Source: Chlorokybus atmophyticus (Eukaryota; Plantae; Mesostigma and Chlorokybus algae). Taken from it: 64,000 nt of DNA. Shown here piece after piece: positions 11,375 to 24,159 of the stretch (position 1 is the first letter of the stretch; the number at the start of each line of letters is the position of its first letter). The position numbers and the translations under genes were made by a program. The notes below the pieces were generated by a model. It searched no databases, had not been told where the DNA came from, and worked only from the letters and a program-made list of their open reading frames with translations. The stretch spans positions 175,446 to 239,445 of the forward strand of contig RHPI01003020.1 in assembly GCA_009103225.1 (NCBI GenBank), in the 5' to 3' direction.

Positions 11375-14300
11375 ATGGCGCCGGCAAAGGAGCATCTCGC
11401 TGCAGCAACCATGGACGTTGACGTTGAGGTTGACGTCGTTGGAGGTGGTGGCATATATGATGCCGCAGGAGTGGCGTTCAAGGAAGCTGCAGGGGGCAAG
11501 CACCTGGATGAGGAGTACTACTCTCGCCAGTACGTTGTTGCAGCTGCTGCAGTCGTGACACTTCTCACCTGCAACAGGCGGTGGACACTGCACCAGCCTC
11601 TGTTGCACTCGGTCATGCGTTTATCAGCTCTTACATGACGAAGGTCTATACGCTGACTGCTGTGCAGTTGTTCACTACCGCATGCATGCAGTCTCAATCG
11701 ACATGCTCTCAGCTGCTTGTGACAAGTGAGTTGAAGCAGATAGGGTACAATATCTCTGCCAGGCGCTGTTGATAATGTCTAGGCTTGCGTCTTTTGTGTC
11801 ACTGATGTCATGCCGCCTGCCTACTCTACAGATGGCTAGTTTAGCCAGTTGTTGTGCACTGTGCGGGTTTGCGTTGTTACCTGCATTTAGCAAAGCAGCT
11901 GCAGGAGGTAGCGCTGTAAATGCCGTGCTGGCAGGTGCAGTGTGCGATATCACTATATCACGTTGATGAGTGCAACGGCTTCCACCCCAACTCCCATCTC
12001 CATTCATTGAGCAACTTGTTAGCCGGTCCATACATACCATGCTAAAAAATATCAAAGCCACTTGAACGGTTGAGTGCATGTCTCCTGCCCATGTTTGCCA
12101 GATGTTTGCGGCCAACATCTTGTGCACTGTAGGATATACGCGCTTGGCGCTGATACAGTACAAAGGATGGGCACTTGCAGTGTTCTGATTGTTGGAGCCA
12201 GGGGAGTTGGCGTTGAGATAGGTGAGGGTTGTCGCGCAACCGTAAAATCTCGGTTCTTCACGTACAGTGCACACAGACTGCTGTTAAAAATGTCTGATCA
12301 TGCTGCCGTGTTTGCACTTCTCGGCAGCCAGGCACACAGTACTTGCGGGAGCCCAAACTGTCGTTGTATATGATGATGAGTTGGTGGAGGCTTCCGACCT
12401 GTCTGCACAGGCAAGCATTGCAGCTTCTAGGGTCAAGGCCATGCAAGCGTTCAGTAATAGCTGTGCAACAAGGTGACGTCGCGGTTGTGTGCAGTATGTG
12501 CTCCGCGAAGATGACGTTGGCCTGAATAGAGCAGCAGCATCCATCGGCCGTTTGGCTGAGTTGAACAAGCATGTGACCATTAGGGCGCTTCACGGTCCAC
12601 TGACAGACGACTTGCTCAAGTCCTTTGATGTACGTGACTTGATAAGCACAACCTTAGGTGCGCTGTTGTTGCTGATGGTAGGAGTGTTTACTCCGTTGTG
12701 TAGGTGGTTGTTGCCACATTGGGTAACTGGAAGGAGTGGACGCAATGGGATAATGTATGCCGCGCACACGGTGTCCGCTTCATAGCAGCTGGCACCCAAG
12801 GCTTGGTTGGATATCTCTTTGTAGATGTTGGAGACACCTTTGCCGTGACAGATGCAACAGGAGAACCGCCAACGACATCAATCATTGAGTCCATAACAAA
12901 GGTATTTGAGAAACTCGTTGCTGCAGTGCGCACTCAAGTTATTGAGTTGGTTGCCAACGATTGAGTGCCATGACAGGATTGCCCAGCAACTGTTACGGTT
13001 GTTGAGGAGCAGCGGCACCGTCTGGAGGAGGGAAGTCAGGTGTGTATCAGATTGTTACTGCAGCTATTGTGCAAGCGATGGTGACCTGTTTTACAGTCGT
13101 CCATGCTGCTTAGGTGTGCTTTAGCGGCGTAGAAGGAATGCCAGAACTCTGCAACGGGGCTCCGCGCTTCGTGCATGTCACTGGTGCACATACATTTACA
13201 ATACCCGATGATACGCGGAAGTACGGGAGTGCCGGTGGTGGCGGTCAAGTGCGATTGCATAGGCCACCTGTCTTCGTCAGTCATATCGCGCTGGAGACAT
13301 CGATTCTGCATCCTGACATTGCGTTGGTGGATGCAAGCAGATCACATCGTGCAAGCAGTCTACATTGGGGTGTACAGGTGTGCTTTTCACACTTGAAGGT
13401 TGCACCAACCGACTGGTGCTGTTGGTGCATTGCGCTTTGTGTGGAGCAGTTTGCGGTTGAGTGTGCACGTAGGTTGTGGGTGGTGGCCAGTTTTGTTATG
13501 TTTGTCTTGCCATCATTCTCTCAGACTGCCATCTGCTTAGTCAGTTTGAGTTGAGAAAGCTGTGCTGTGTGCCAAAGTGCGGTTACGTCTTGCAGTCGTG
13601 TGCCCGTTGCCACTTGTCAGGGTTGTCTCCACTTCACTTAACCTGCACTGAGTCTCTGCTTTTGTTGCGCGAGCCATGCCTACTTGAAGTCCACCTCTTC
13701 ATGTGTTTCCTTCACTGTTTGACATGCTGTTGGGTGTGGGATACAGGCACTTGAAGTCTTTCAGCAGAAGCATGGAGGGGCCAGTCCCAGCCCTGATAGC
13801 CAGGCTGACGCTGATGAAGTATTGTCGCTGGCTCTTGAGCTCAGTGCTCATTGTAGTGTTGAGACGGGAGCCAGCCTTGATGAACAAGGGATTCGCGCAC
13901 TCGCCCGCAGCTGCCGTGCACAGCTATGTCCAATGGCAGCCATTATTGGAGGCTTAGCCGCCCAGGAAGTGCAGAAGGCTTGCACTGGCAAGTATACGCC
14001 CTTGCACCAGTGGCTGTATGTGGATGCCCTGGAGTGCCTTCCACCATCTTACACCACTGCAAGCAGAGACGACTTCAAACCGCTATCAGGCAGTCGTTTT
14101 GATGCGCAGATCATGACCTTTGGGAAGAGCTTCCAACAAACTTTAGGAGGCCTGCGGTACTTTCTGGTAGGCGCTGGTGGTCTTGGCAACGAGCTTCTGA
14201 AAAATTGGGCTTTGATGGGAGTTGGATGTGGAGCAGGCGGCAGCATCCACGTCACTGACAATGAGGTTGTTGAGTACTCCAACTTGAATAGGCAATTCCT

Positions 14301-16660
14301 GTACAGACCAGAGGATGTCAAGCAGCCCAAGTCGCTGGTGGCAGCCTCAGCCATTCTCGATATCAATCCACAAGCAAAAGTTAAGCATTATCAGGAGCGT
14401 ATGGGTTTCGAAAAGGATGATGTCTTCGACGATGACTTCTATGAAACATTGTCGGCCGTAGCGCTTGGTGTTGACAATCTGGCTGCTCGCCTTTGCATGG
14501 ATGCCAAGTGCGTCACAATGTCAAAGCCCTTGCTCGATGGTGGGGTCTTTGGTCCCAAGGGCCATGCACAGGTTAGTGCTGATGAATGTGATACAGACTG
14601 TTACTATTATGTGTTGTCAGATATGTTTACGGAAGGAGTCTACTACTTGTGACCGCGCTGCTGTTGCAGGTGTTTGTCCCCTTCCTGTCAGATCAGTATG
14701 CATCTTCACGGGATGCCATGGACAAGAGCACGCAGATCTGTACATTACGCAACTTTCCCTATGCTCCTGAACACACCGTTGAGTGGGCGCGAGAGTTGTT
14801 CGAAAGCATGTTTCAACAAAGGCCCTCGGACGTGAATGCTTTCCTATCCAGGTAAGTACTTTCCTAGTAAGAGGGTATCTGCAATTGTTAATCCGTAGTC
14901 TTGACAGCAATGCTAAAACCGTGTGTGCACGCAGTCGAGACTTTTTGGAGTCACTGAAAAAGAACCCATCACAACAGTTGACAACGCTAGAAACCTTGCG
15001 AGATGCGCTTGTGCGCCACAAACCACTCAGCTTTGCAGGTTTCAAAGCAGTTCTCACCAACTTGTGGTATGCATTCCACTCTAGCCATATGACCTGATTG
15101 TTCATGGCAGCTTGTGTGGAGTGGGCGCGTCTGCAATTCGAGGAGCTGTACGTGAATAGCATTAAGCAGCTGTTATTCAATTTCCCAGCACACATGAAGA
15201 CGGTGGCTGGTGCACCATTTTGGTCCGGGACAAAGCGCACACCCAAGCCGCTGTGCTTTGACGAGAACGATGCATTGCACTTGGACTTTGTGTTGGCTGC
15301 CTCCAATTTGCAGGTACCCAGATGATATTCAAACAGGTTGCAAGGTAGTGTCCCTGTGACTTCAGGTGGCACCAGCCAGTTTTTGCGCTGACCATGATAT
15401 GCTCAATTTGTCAGCTATTATACATGCTTGTATGCTTCAACTCCTTTTGCAGGCTGTTGTATATGGACTGAAGGGGTGCAAGGATCGTGTGACAGTCAAA
15501 GACCTTTGCCGTAATGTAGTGGTCAGCGAGTTCAAGCCACAGGAGGGCGTGAAAATACCTGTCACGGACTCTGAGGCTCGAGCACCGCGCACGCGTGATG
15601 CAGACCCCAATGCACTGGCAGCGGTGCGTAAGATGTCCAGCTTGACACTCACAGCGCTTACTGCTGGTCTGTCTCGTCTTAAGTCAAGTGGCGTGTGCAG
15701 GCCTGTGACCGGGTGTTGAGGGAAATGCCAACGCCCACCGACCTGGTTGGATACCGGCTGCTGACTCTGGACTTTGATCTGGAAGACGACTTGCATATGG
15801 ATTTTGTTGTTGCAGCTGCGCGGTTGCGCGCAGCGAATTACAGCATCACTTCAATAGATCGGCTTCAGGTGTGTCTTGTTAAGTCAACTCCCTGTCCCAA
15901 TACTGCCTCTTAGCCTCTCACTAACATCATTCTCTGTCACCCGAGTAGATCAAGCAAATAGCAGGCAACATCATCCCTACACTCCCTTCAACAACCGCTG
16001 TCGTGGCTGGCCTGATGTGCTTGGAGGTGTACAAGCTTGCACAAGGCAGAGTTCTTGATGCTTTCCGCAACAGCTACTTCAACCTTGCTCTGCCATTGTT
16101 GGTGTCCTCGCAGCCTGTTGAAGCTCAGAAGTATAAAGTACGCCATTGCAGCGTGGGCATTGTGCTCGCAGCGCTCATCCTGATTTGCTGGTTAAGTTTT
16201 GGCTACTTCATGTCCCAATGCTTTTATGCTCTGTATAGGTGAGCACACTTCATGACAAAGTTCTGGAATGGACGCTATGGGACAGATTCAATATGAGCGG
16301 TGTTGGGTTGAGCCTGGGAGAGTTCTTGAATAAGTTCAAGCAGGAGCATGGCCTGGAGGTAAGACGGCACCTTCATGTGTCCCTCAGTTTCTACGACCCA
16401 TAGCGTCGTGCTGGTTGGTTGTCATGTGTGCTTGCCAACTGCAGATCACCATGATGTCTTACGGCAAAAGCCTGCTGTACGCTGAGTTTATGAGGAAAAA
16501 GATGGAGGAAAGAATGCCATGGTCGCTGGAACAGCTGATCACAAAAGTGGCCAAGACCACAGTCCCTGCTAGCGCCGCATCCGTTGCATTTTCTATTTCC
16601 TGCACTGATGCCCAGGGTGAGGACGTGGAGGTCCCAGATGTGCGTGTGCGCATCAGGTAG
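11375..16660 (+). CDS. UBA1: Ubiquitin-activating enzyme E1 (UBA1-like), divergent
   Basis: Contains LDEEYYSRQ-IYALG, GGLAAQEVQKACTGKYTPLHQWLYVDALECL, LVGAGGLGNELLKN, SNLNRQFLY, the catalytic ICTLRNFPYAPEHTVEWAR, DDLHMDFVVAAARLRAANY, and a C-terminal UFD ending EDVEVPDVRVRIR. Confidence 0.92.
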
Positions 16661-17599
16661 CCTAGCTTAGGTCTAGCTTTGCAAGGCTGAGGTCCAGAAG
16701 TGCACTGTCAGTAGTGTGTATTTTGTGTATAATTGCATGAAGTGGTTTCTGATGCGGCGATTGTGCCTTAGCAGCCGTCCATTTTTGGGCATGCACAGGC
16801 CATGCTTGTCACAATCAACTAACATGAGGCAACAGGTTCTCGAAGCAGAACGTAAGTTTACTTGGGTTACGAGTTATCACAGATAGCCTTTAGGCAGTGC
16901 TTAAATAGATGTGTACATCTCAATGCGTCACCCAAGTAATGTCAATGTGTACATGGGTGGACAACGAGCATCTCGCGCACTGTCGCTTTGATGCTAGCAC
17001 AAGCGCTTTACACAGGGGCTGCCGCTGCACCGGCTCAGCGGGTACGCGGCGCTGTTTTGGCAGTGTGTGGCGGCAGTACCAGCGCTGCTGAGGGCGCAGA
17101 GCCTGGCGTTGCTGGAGCGCGGAGCAGTGGCGGTGGCGGCAGCACCAGACTGGAGCCCGCTGCAGACGGGTGCTGGCGTCTGAGGTGGATGTCGCCTTGG
17201 CTGCAACGGGTGGCTAAACTCTAGCCAGAGTGGCACTGCATGCCAACGACAGGTCGGTTGTGACTGGTGCTGGGTTGTTATTGTGCCGTGGGTAGATAGG
17301 TATGGTCGGGCTGTGAGGAACCTCGTGCATGTAGTTTGTGACATTAGTGTGAGAGCGAGATCATGCACAAGGTGCATTCCATCCTTGCGCTATCCTCATC
17401 GATGATACGAGCTGCAGGGGCACACAATTCCCTTTCGCATTTCCGGTGCATTAGCCATGGCAATAACAGCCGCCACCAATGACTGCGTTGGCTGGTGTGC
17501 TTGCTGTGGCTACGATGGCTGATGTGGTCGACATGACTCATTTTCATTTAAAAATCAGCATAGTGCATTATGAGTATAAAGTTTCTACCTGCACATGCG

Positions 17600-17760
17600 T
17601 GCAAAAAAAATGTTTGATTGCCATGCATGCATGTCCAACAGAGTAGGTGAGTAGTTAAATGCTTAGTAAGTAGAGTAGCAGTAGGATAGCCCGGTGGTAT
17701 TATACATGAAAGCATGGTGAATGCTGTGTGCTGTACATTTGATGAGGTGGGGTACGCCAT
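17600..17760 (+). repeat. Copy of a degenerate dispersed repeat family with core TAGCCCGG(T/C)GGT
   Basis: Core at 17687-17698. Related cores are at 24251-24262 (-), 54938-54949 (+) and 55081-55092 (-), with alignable flanks. Confidence 0.6.
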
Positions 17761-18098
17761 GTGACTTGCATATGCACGATTCACCTTGGGTTTTACATGT
17801 ACTCAGAGTCTGGGTTCACGTCAATGCTCGTGCGCATGAGATAACCACGTTGTCAAGTGTGAATGGCGGAGCAAAGGCCTGCAATATTGTTGCGTTACGC
17901 AACTAGTGAGGGCTTCGACTACGATCTTAGAGATCAATATGAGGGCGGTGGTGGCAGCAGGAACAGTTATTGCACATGTGGTAAATGTGTAATGATCGTT
18001 GTTGCGGCACGTGTGTCACGTTGTGCTTATGTTTACTGCATGTACTATGCATGGGCAATTGCATTTTGCACTTTGTGTGCAGCATAGCACACCACTAC

Positions 18099-18624
18099 TG
18101 TAACGGGAAGTTACATTAAATTACCACAAATCGACCATAAAAGCACCAAGTCTTTTGTGGTCGAGTGGGCTGTGACATTGGTATCGGAGCTTGAGACCCG
18201 GGTTCGATTCCTGCCTTGCACACGAATTCCGCGGTCGTTGTTTCTCGATCTAATAATCGTAAATGGTCACTTTATGAGTGCCATCATCGATGGGTCGCGA
18301 CTTGCCTAATGGCAGTCGCGCCGAACTGACCAGTTCAGTCGGCGCGGCAGTGCGCGACCTGCCTGTCGCGATGCGACCTGTGGGGCCGGCAGCGGTGCGC
18401 TATGCGCGCGTTGACCGGTATGGGCCTAAAATTAGCCAGTCCTTGGCGTTGGGACCGGTGACCGACCCTAGCAAACCCCTGGGATGATTCCCCAGCTGAG
18501 CGTGAGCAGCTGCCGAGGACGTCAGCGTTCTTAAGTGGGGGGGAATGTAACGGGAAGGTACATTAAATTACCACAAATCGACCATAAAAGCACCAAGTCT
18601 TTTGTGGTCGAGTGGGCTGTGACA
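18099..18624 (+). mobile_element. Complete TRIM (non-autonomous miniature LTR retrotransposon), 526 bp
   Basis: 79-bp TG..CA LTRs at 18099-18177 and 18546-18624 differ at one base. There is a 5-bp TSD ACTAC (18094-18098 / 18625-18629), PBS TGGTATCGGAGC (18179-18190, tRNAiMet type) and [16 protein letters not shown] just before the 3' LTR. No coding capacity. Confidence 0.95.
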
Positions 18625-19990
18625 ACTACTGCTGCGCTTCTCCCTTTACCCCTGCTCGCCTTGCTACTATGCTTGCTACTCTTTAAATCTTGACTGTCGC
18701 CTATGTGCATGTGTGCTTTAAGCCTGTTGGTTAAGCTTGCTAATTGCCACTATTGCCTACAACCCCGCCCCACTTGCATTTGGAGCACATAGTGTTGCAC
18801 GCGGTTGATTGCATAAATGTGGTCGTATCCTGTTTGCTAGCCTTGTGCTTGCTGTTTGTGAATGTTGTGTTACTGTCTTATGCATATTCGTGACTCATAC
18901 CTTACACAGGCAGGGCCTGCAGTGCAACGACGCTGTGTGCAAGCCGCAGCTGCCATTAACTACCGGTAGGCTCTTCTCCTTGTATTTATAAAGTTTGGAG
19001 AGCTTCTCCATGAAGCCCACTTCGCCACATGAAGCGACGACATAAATCTGCCCCGGATTCCATGAAGGGACGGACGCTGCTAGCCACAAAGCAGGCCAGT
19101 CCTAACCGCGAGTTTCACCTCACTGGGACCTCAGCCGTGGAATGCAGCCCCCACATCTTGGATTGTCATCACGCAGAACACAAAACGTACCATTTTCTGC
19201 TCGTTTCATGCACTCACCATGTAGCATGGTCCATTTCTGCATGAGATTGCATCAGAAGGTAGAGTTTCGGCCTTGATGTGGCCTCAGGATTCCGTTTGTT
19301 CGGCGCTCAAGTGTTGATGTGAAGCCGCCGCTGATGAAACGTGACATGTGTGACAGTGTGCGATCTGACCGCAGGAAATGCCATAACATATTAATCGACG
19401 ACCGAGGCTAGGTTACATATACCGTCGTCTGCCCGCAGTTTTAACCGTAAAGTCACGCGCGGTCACGCCCAAGTCCCGTCAATGCGTTACGCAAGCTAGC
19501 CGGTTACGCTGCAAGCTTCTGTCGACCGACGTTATGTTTTTGAAAAACACCTGTTAGGTAATAGACCGCGCGTCACGCATGTGCTAAGCGTATCCATATA
19601 ATGGCGAATCTCTGCCGGTTAAAGTCTTATTTCGGTTAGTTCTCCGTTTGGTGACGAGCCCAGTTGACCTGGCTGATATGCAAAAATTGACTTAATGTCA
19701 GCCTGGCTATAGGCAATCTTGGTCAGACGGAGGCGGAGGCGGAGGCGGCGAGGTGAGCGGCGTCGGCCTCAGTGTCGTCGGGGTGAGGGTTGTCCGCTTG
19801 TAAGGCAGCCGTTGCAGCACAAGCTTGGGCAGGTCGGCGAGTTGAGTGGCGGAAAGCTCACTTGGCTAGGGTTTGCTCACCGCCCCTGCGTGGAGTTTGA
19901 CTCTGCCGAAATTAGGGTTTCTGGCCTGCGGCCCAGGAGGGCGGCGGCGGCAGCAGTAGCAGCAGGCTGCGAGCCTGTGTGCGCTGTGTA

Positions 19991-22900
19991 ATGTCAGCCG
20001 CCACCGCCGCCGCGGCCAGGGGCTCTTCATCCGTGCTGTCCGCTGTTCTAAGCGCGCAAGTCAGCGGGCGGGGGTGCAGGTCTCTGCGGGCTTTGCCTCG
20101 TGCCACATATGCACGCCTCAACAAGGAGTATCATGGCATGGCAGGTATGATGACTGCGATGGCGCGTGCCCTGCAAATTGTATGCTGAATTTATTTACAC
20201 ACTTTTGACAAGGACCCTTCACATGCATCGTGTCGTTGCAATCTGCGTAGCCAGATGCTTTGTGCATCATGCTGAAATCTTGACTGACAAGGTCCTCACT
20301 GCTGTGCTTTTGTGGTATGCACCGCACGGTGTGTTTTGCATGCTTGGGAATGCCGCACGTTGATTGGTTTGTTCAATCGCAGCATATGGACTATACCTCC
20401 AAGAGTGTTCTCGAGCTTACATGCACTTGAGGAACCTTGCAGTCACATTGCTTACAGAGATGTATGTCAGCAGTGATATGGTGCTTATGGGCGCAGAACG
20501 TCATCGCACCATGCCATGCCCTCCAACATGGTTCCCAATGCCAGCATCTTCTTGTCTTACACTGCAGTTTGTTTTGTACGCAGCATTGGTCTCGGAGTTG
20601 GAGGAGACCTTTTTGTTGAATGACTTGTCCACGTGCAAAGCCGTTTTGTCAAATGTGTCCCGCAAGACTTGCGAGCTTACCAACGTCAGGCATGCCAGCA
20701 ATAGAGAAGCCTTCGTCTTATTTGGTGGGCCTGAGTTGCTGCTTCGGATCGTGCGATCTTCGTTTTGTAGAAGAAACAAGATTTTCGATGAGGCGTTGCA
20801 GGTATGCAAGCGCAACCTTGGCTCAGTTACTACACGGGCACGCTTGCCCAATGTCATTGTCTGCGGCATTGCTGTGTGTTGGGTCACTGCAATCTGCTGC
20901 AAATTGTCAACATATGTGCATGCATTGGCATTGGTGACGTGTGTAGCGCTGTGTGTAGCCAGAAGCAGACACTTCAGTGTCCGTGACAACATGCATTGGG
21001 ACTGAGTCGTCTCAGTAGCATGTGTTCTTTTGCAATATGCCAGGCTCACGCAGTTGGAGTTGCGCTGCCTTCGACTAGAACTATGTTAGCATCTGACCTA
21101 GTTGTGGTTTCTGTTGCAGGTTGATGTCATGGTGGAGAACTTGTGGGCTGTTAGAAACGACTGCTTAGCCATCTTGCGAGAACTGTGCTTTACAACGCCA
21201 TTCTTTTCCGAGAGTCTGTCATCCCATGGTGACTTTATTGTCCATTTATTCACTCTCATGCGCAATAAGCACACCTTTGACAATGCTGTGGGCCTCGCTG
21301 AGGAGATTCTTGCTGTCCGAGAAGAGACCTTCAACTTATCGGATGTCGCCGGCTTTGCTGCTCTCATCCGCTCGTTCTCTTCGCGCCAGCTGGCGTTCTT
21401 TTGCCGCGTTCTCGCACTGGTTGTGTTTGAACCCGAGGATAGGTCGGGTGCCAGCGACTTTGCGATGCACAGGAGTTCGCAAAGTGATGCTGAAGCATCA
21501 CAACCTAGCACTTCGGAGCCGTCTTCTGCACCTTCACCATTTGCACCACCGTCAACTTCGTCTTCCTCTTCGCGCACAGGCATTTGCAGAGGTGCAGATG
21601 CCAACCACTCCGTGTTGTTGCAAGTCCCGGAGCTCTTACCCCGTCTCGTGAAGCTGCTGCGCACGGCGCCCAGTGCGCAGGTGAGGCCTGTGCGCCTGTA
21701 AGACTATGTCCTGTTGGCGGCAAAGTGTTGCTGTGGTTTCAACTTTTTTCTGTTTGCTCAGTCATTGCTTGCGCAGGGCAATCATCTGTTATCTCATCTA
21801 CCCATCACTCCGGAGATGCTACCGTTTTTGGTGAGCTTGCGTGATCGAGATGACTGGGAGGACAACATGGACGATGGAACAGTGACTGAGGCGGCTGCCG
21901 GCAGCGATGGCACCGTTGATGTCGGGACCACCACTGAGCAGCGGCCGGTATTGTCTCTCAAAGCCTTGACGCTGGCCACGCACCAAGTAGAGGTGCTGTT
22001 TGTGCTGTGCGCCCTGCTGGGAGGCAAATGTAAAGGCCAAGTCCAGGACGTCCTTGCCAAGCTTGGTCTCATTCCCGCCTTGAATAAGATGTTTGACCGC
22101 ATGGACTGGGGTGTGGCGCCACCCCGCCCGCCCACTCCACATGGCATGCACGGCCCTGGCTGCGCTTGCAACCCGGAGTCCGCTCTCAAGATTCAATACC
22201 TGAGGTTGATACACAACTTCTGCGACAGGGATAGCAGCAACACCAACAACAAGCAGCTGCTCCTGTCGGAAGATGAAAGGCGTACGCGCCGGTCTCTACC
22301 CGAGGCCGGCGCACCGCTGTCTCCCTTCTTTGTCTCCTCCGATCCTGCAATAGCCTCTGCACAACCTACACCAGGACTCATGACCAAGATACTTAAAGTG
22401 TTGATGAAGGAACCGGTTGACTCTGCATACCGCTTTTGGCTTGCGAGCTGCGTGGAAGCCTTCTTGAGAGGTTCGTCGCCAGATCACCAGGAGTTTGTTG
22501 CCTCCTCTGGTCTAATTGAACATCTTCTTGGAGAAATTTTGCGCTCTGGCTTTAAATGCGCAGCAGGCCTGCAAGTGGACTTTGACTTGCTTGGAGAGCT
22601 TCTCAAGTGCAACTCTCAGATGTTTGGCGTGTTCAACGACATGCTTGAAGGCGAACGGTTCGACCGCTTTGTCGAAGTGATTGTCACCCACCTGATCGAT
22701 TCGAATGTGTTCCTGCGCTCCGTGGTGCTATCAATACATAATGAATGCTGCGCTGTGCAACATGATGAAGTGCAGCTACAGCTGCATGGTTGGCCAGCTG
22801 GTCCAAGCAACCGGCATCAATTAGCAATGCATCAGCATCATGATGCGGCGCCTCAGTTGCTGTCACCCACCTCTCCAACTTGCTTCAGTCCCGGAGGCAG

Positions 22901-23448
22901 GAGGCCTGCCGGCAGGCGCGCTGCTAACCTTGGCAAGATTGCAGAGTTTGTCGAGTCCAACTGCGTGAGGTTGCTGCGGGACCTGATGACGGCCATACAC
23001 ATCGGGGACGTGAATCAGGAGAACATCTGTGTGCTGAACACGGCGCTGATTTTCCTCATTTTTGCTGAGAGGCACGGCCAGCTGGCTCTTTACCTGCACG
23101 TGTTGAGGAGTTTGGACTCGGGAGGCTATGCCACCGGCAACTTCCGCGCACTTCTGGAGTTCTGGCAAACATACTACCAGACAAGGGGGCGTGATTGCGT
23201 GTCACTGGAGTTCTCATCAACGATATCCTTCTCAGAATGGTACGTTGCCTCAGGGTGTGCATGTTGATCTGGCTTGCTTCTCCAAAGTCACCAGATTCAG
23301 ACGCTAACTGAGTTGTATTATGTGTCGCAGGCTGAGGGTGGTGTCTCTGTTGTTGGGGCCAGCTGATTCCCCCGTGTCATTGTCTTATCTGGGCCCTACA
23401 TCGCATCATTGCACGTACAGGGCCGATTTGCCGGTGAGGCGTTGCTAG
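19991..23448 (+). CDS. TRPC4AP: TRPC4-associated protein (TRUSS)-like
   Basis: Large exon encodes GCACNPESALKIQYLRLIHNFCDRD, YRFWLASCVEAFLRGS, FDLLGELLK, LIDSNVFLRS and QENICVLNTALIFL, motifs I recognise from TRPC4AP. The 5' exons are approximate. Confidence 0.8.
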
Positions 23449-24159
23449 TGGGTTTAGGTAGATTGTGTTTGCTAGCGATTAGTCTGTTGTGAGATAACAG
23501 GCTCCTCATTCATGCTTTATACAGGAGTCCCCGCGGCATGCACCTCGCTGCCGGGGCTCCTCCCCCCAAGTTGGGTTGCTGATTTAGGCAAGCTGGTTGT
23601 GGGATCCGGGTGTTGTGGGCTCTGTCATGGTAGTGGCATTGTCTTCGCTGCTATGTCACATTTGTCTGACTGGTTATACAGTCGGAACTGTGTGCATACT
23701 GAAATAGTGTGCCCAGCATTTGCATTGAAACACCTTTACTGTCAGATGGTTGTTTATTCAGGCCTTGTAGTATTGAAGGGTTTGCGCACGGACAGCAAAG
23801 TTGTGTGTGCGTCGGCATCTTCGCGAAAGTCATTACTTCAATTTGTCAGTAGGTAGCCTCGCTTCCTCGCGACAATGCGGTCTTACGTTGTGGTGGGCCT
23901 GCAACAGATTGGTGAGTGTGATGTGACCGTGGACTTTGTTGTGTCTATCAGTCAGTTTGCTGTTGCATGCTTAAGTAGCGGGGTGCGGAAGACAAGAAGC
24001 CTATATACAATAGTGGTGTTCTTGAATTGTAACAACCTGGACATGGCTTACTCCGTGGTCAACAGTTATTGGTAGTCGAGAGGGGCTCGTTGGCTAGCGA
24101 TGAGGTGAAATCGGCTCGTCGTAACGAGGCAATTGTGTAATGTACAAAAGATGTTATGC

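Noticed and set aside
18151-18223. tRNA gene
   Set aside because: It has a T-loop/B-box and an A-box-like motif, but no acceptor stem or anticodon arm; the middle is the LTR end and PBS of the TRIM.
18890-19100. Short ORF next to the TRIM as a gag/pol or transposase remnant
   Set aside because: It lies outside the TSD-bounded element and has no recognisable retroelement motif.
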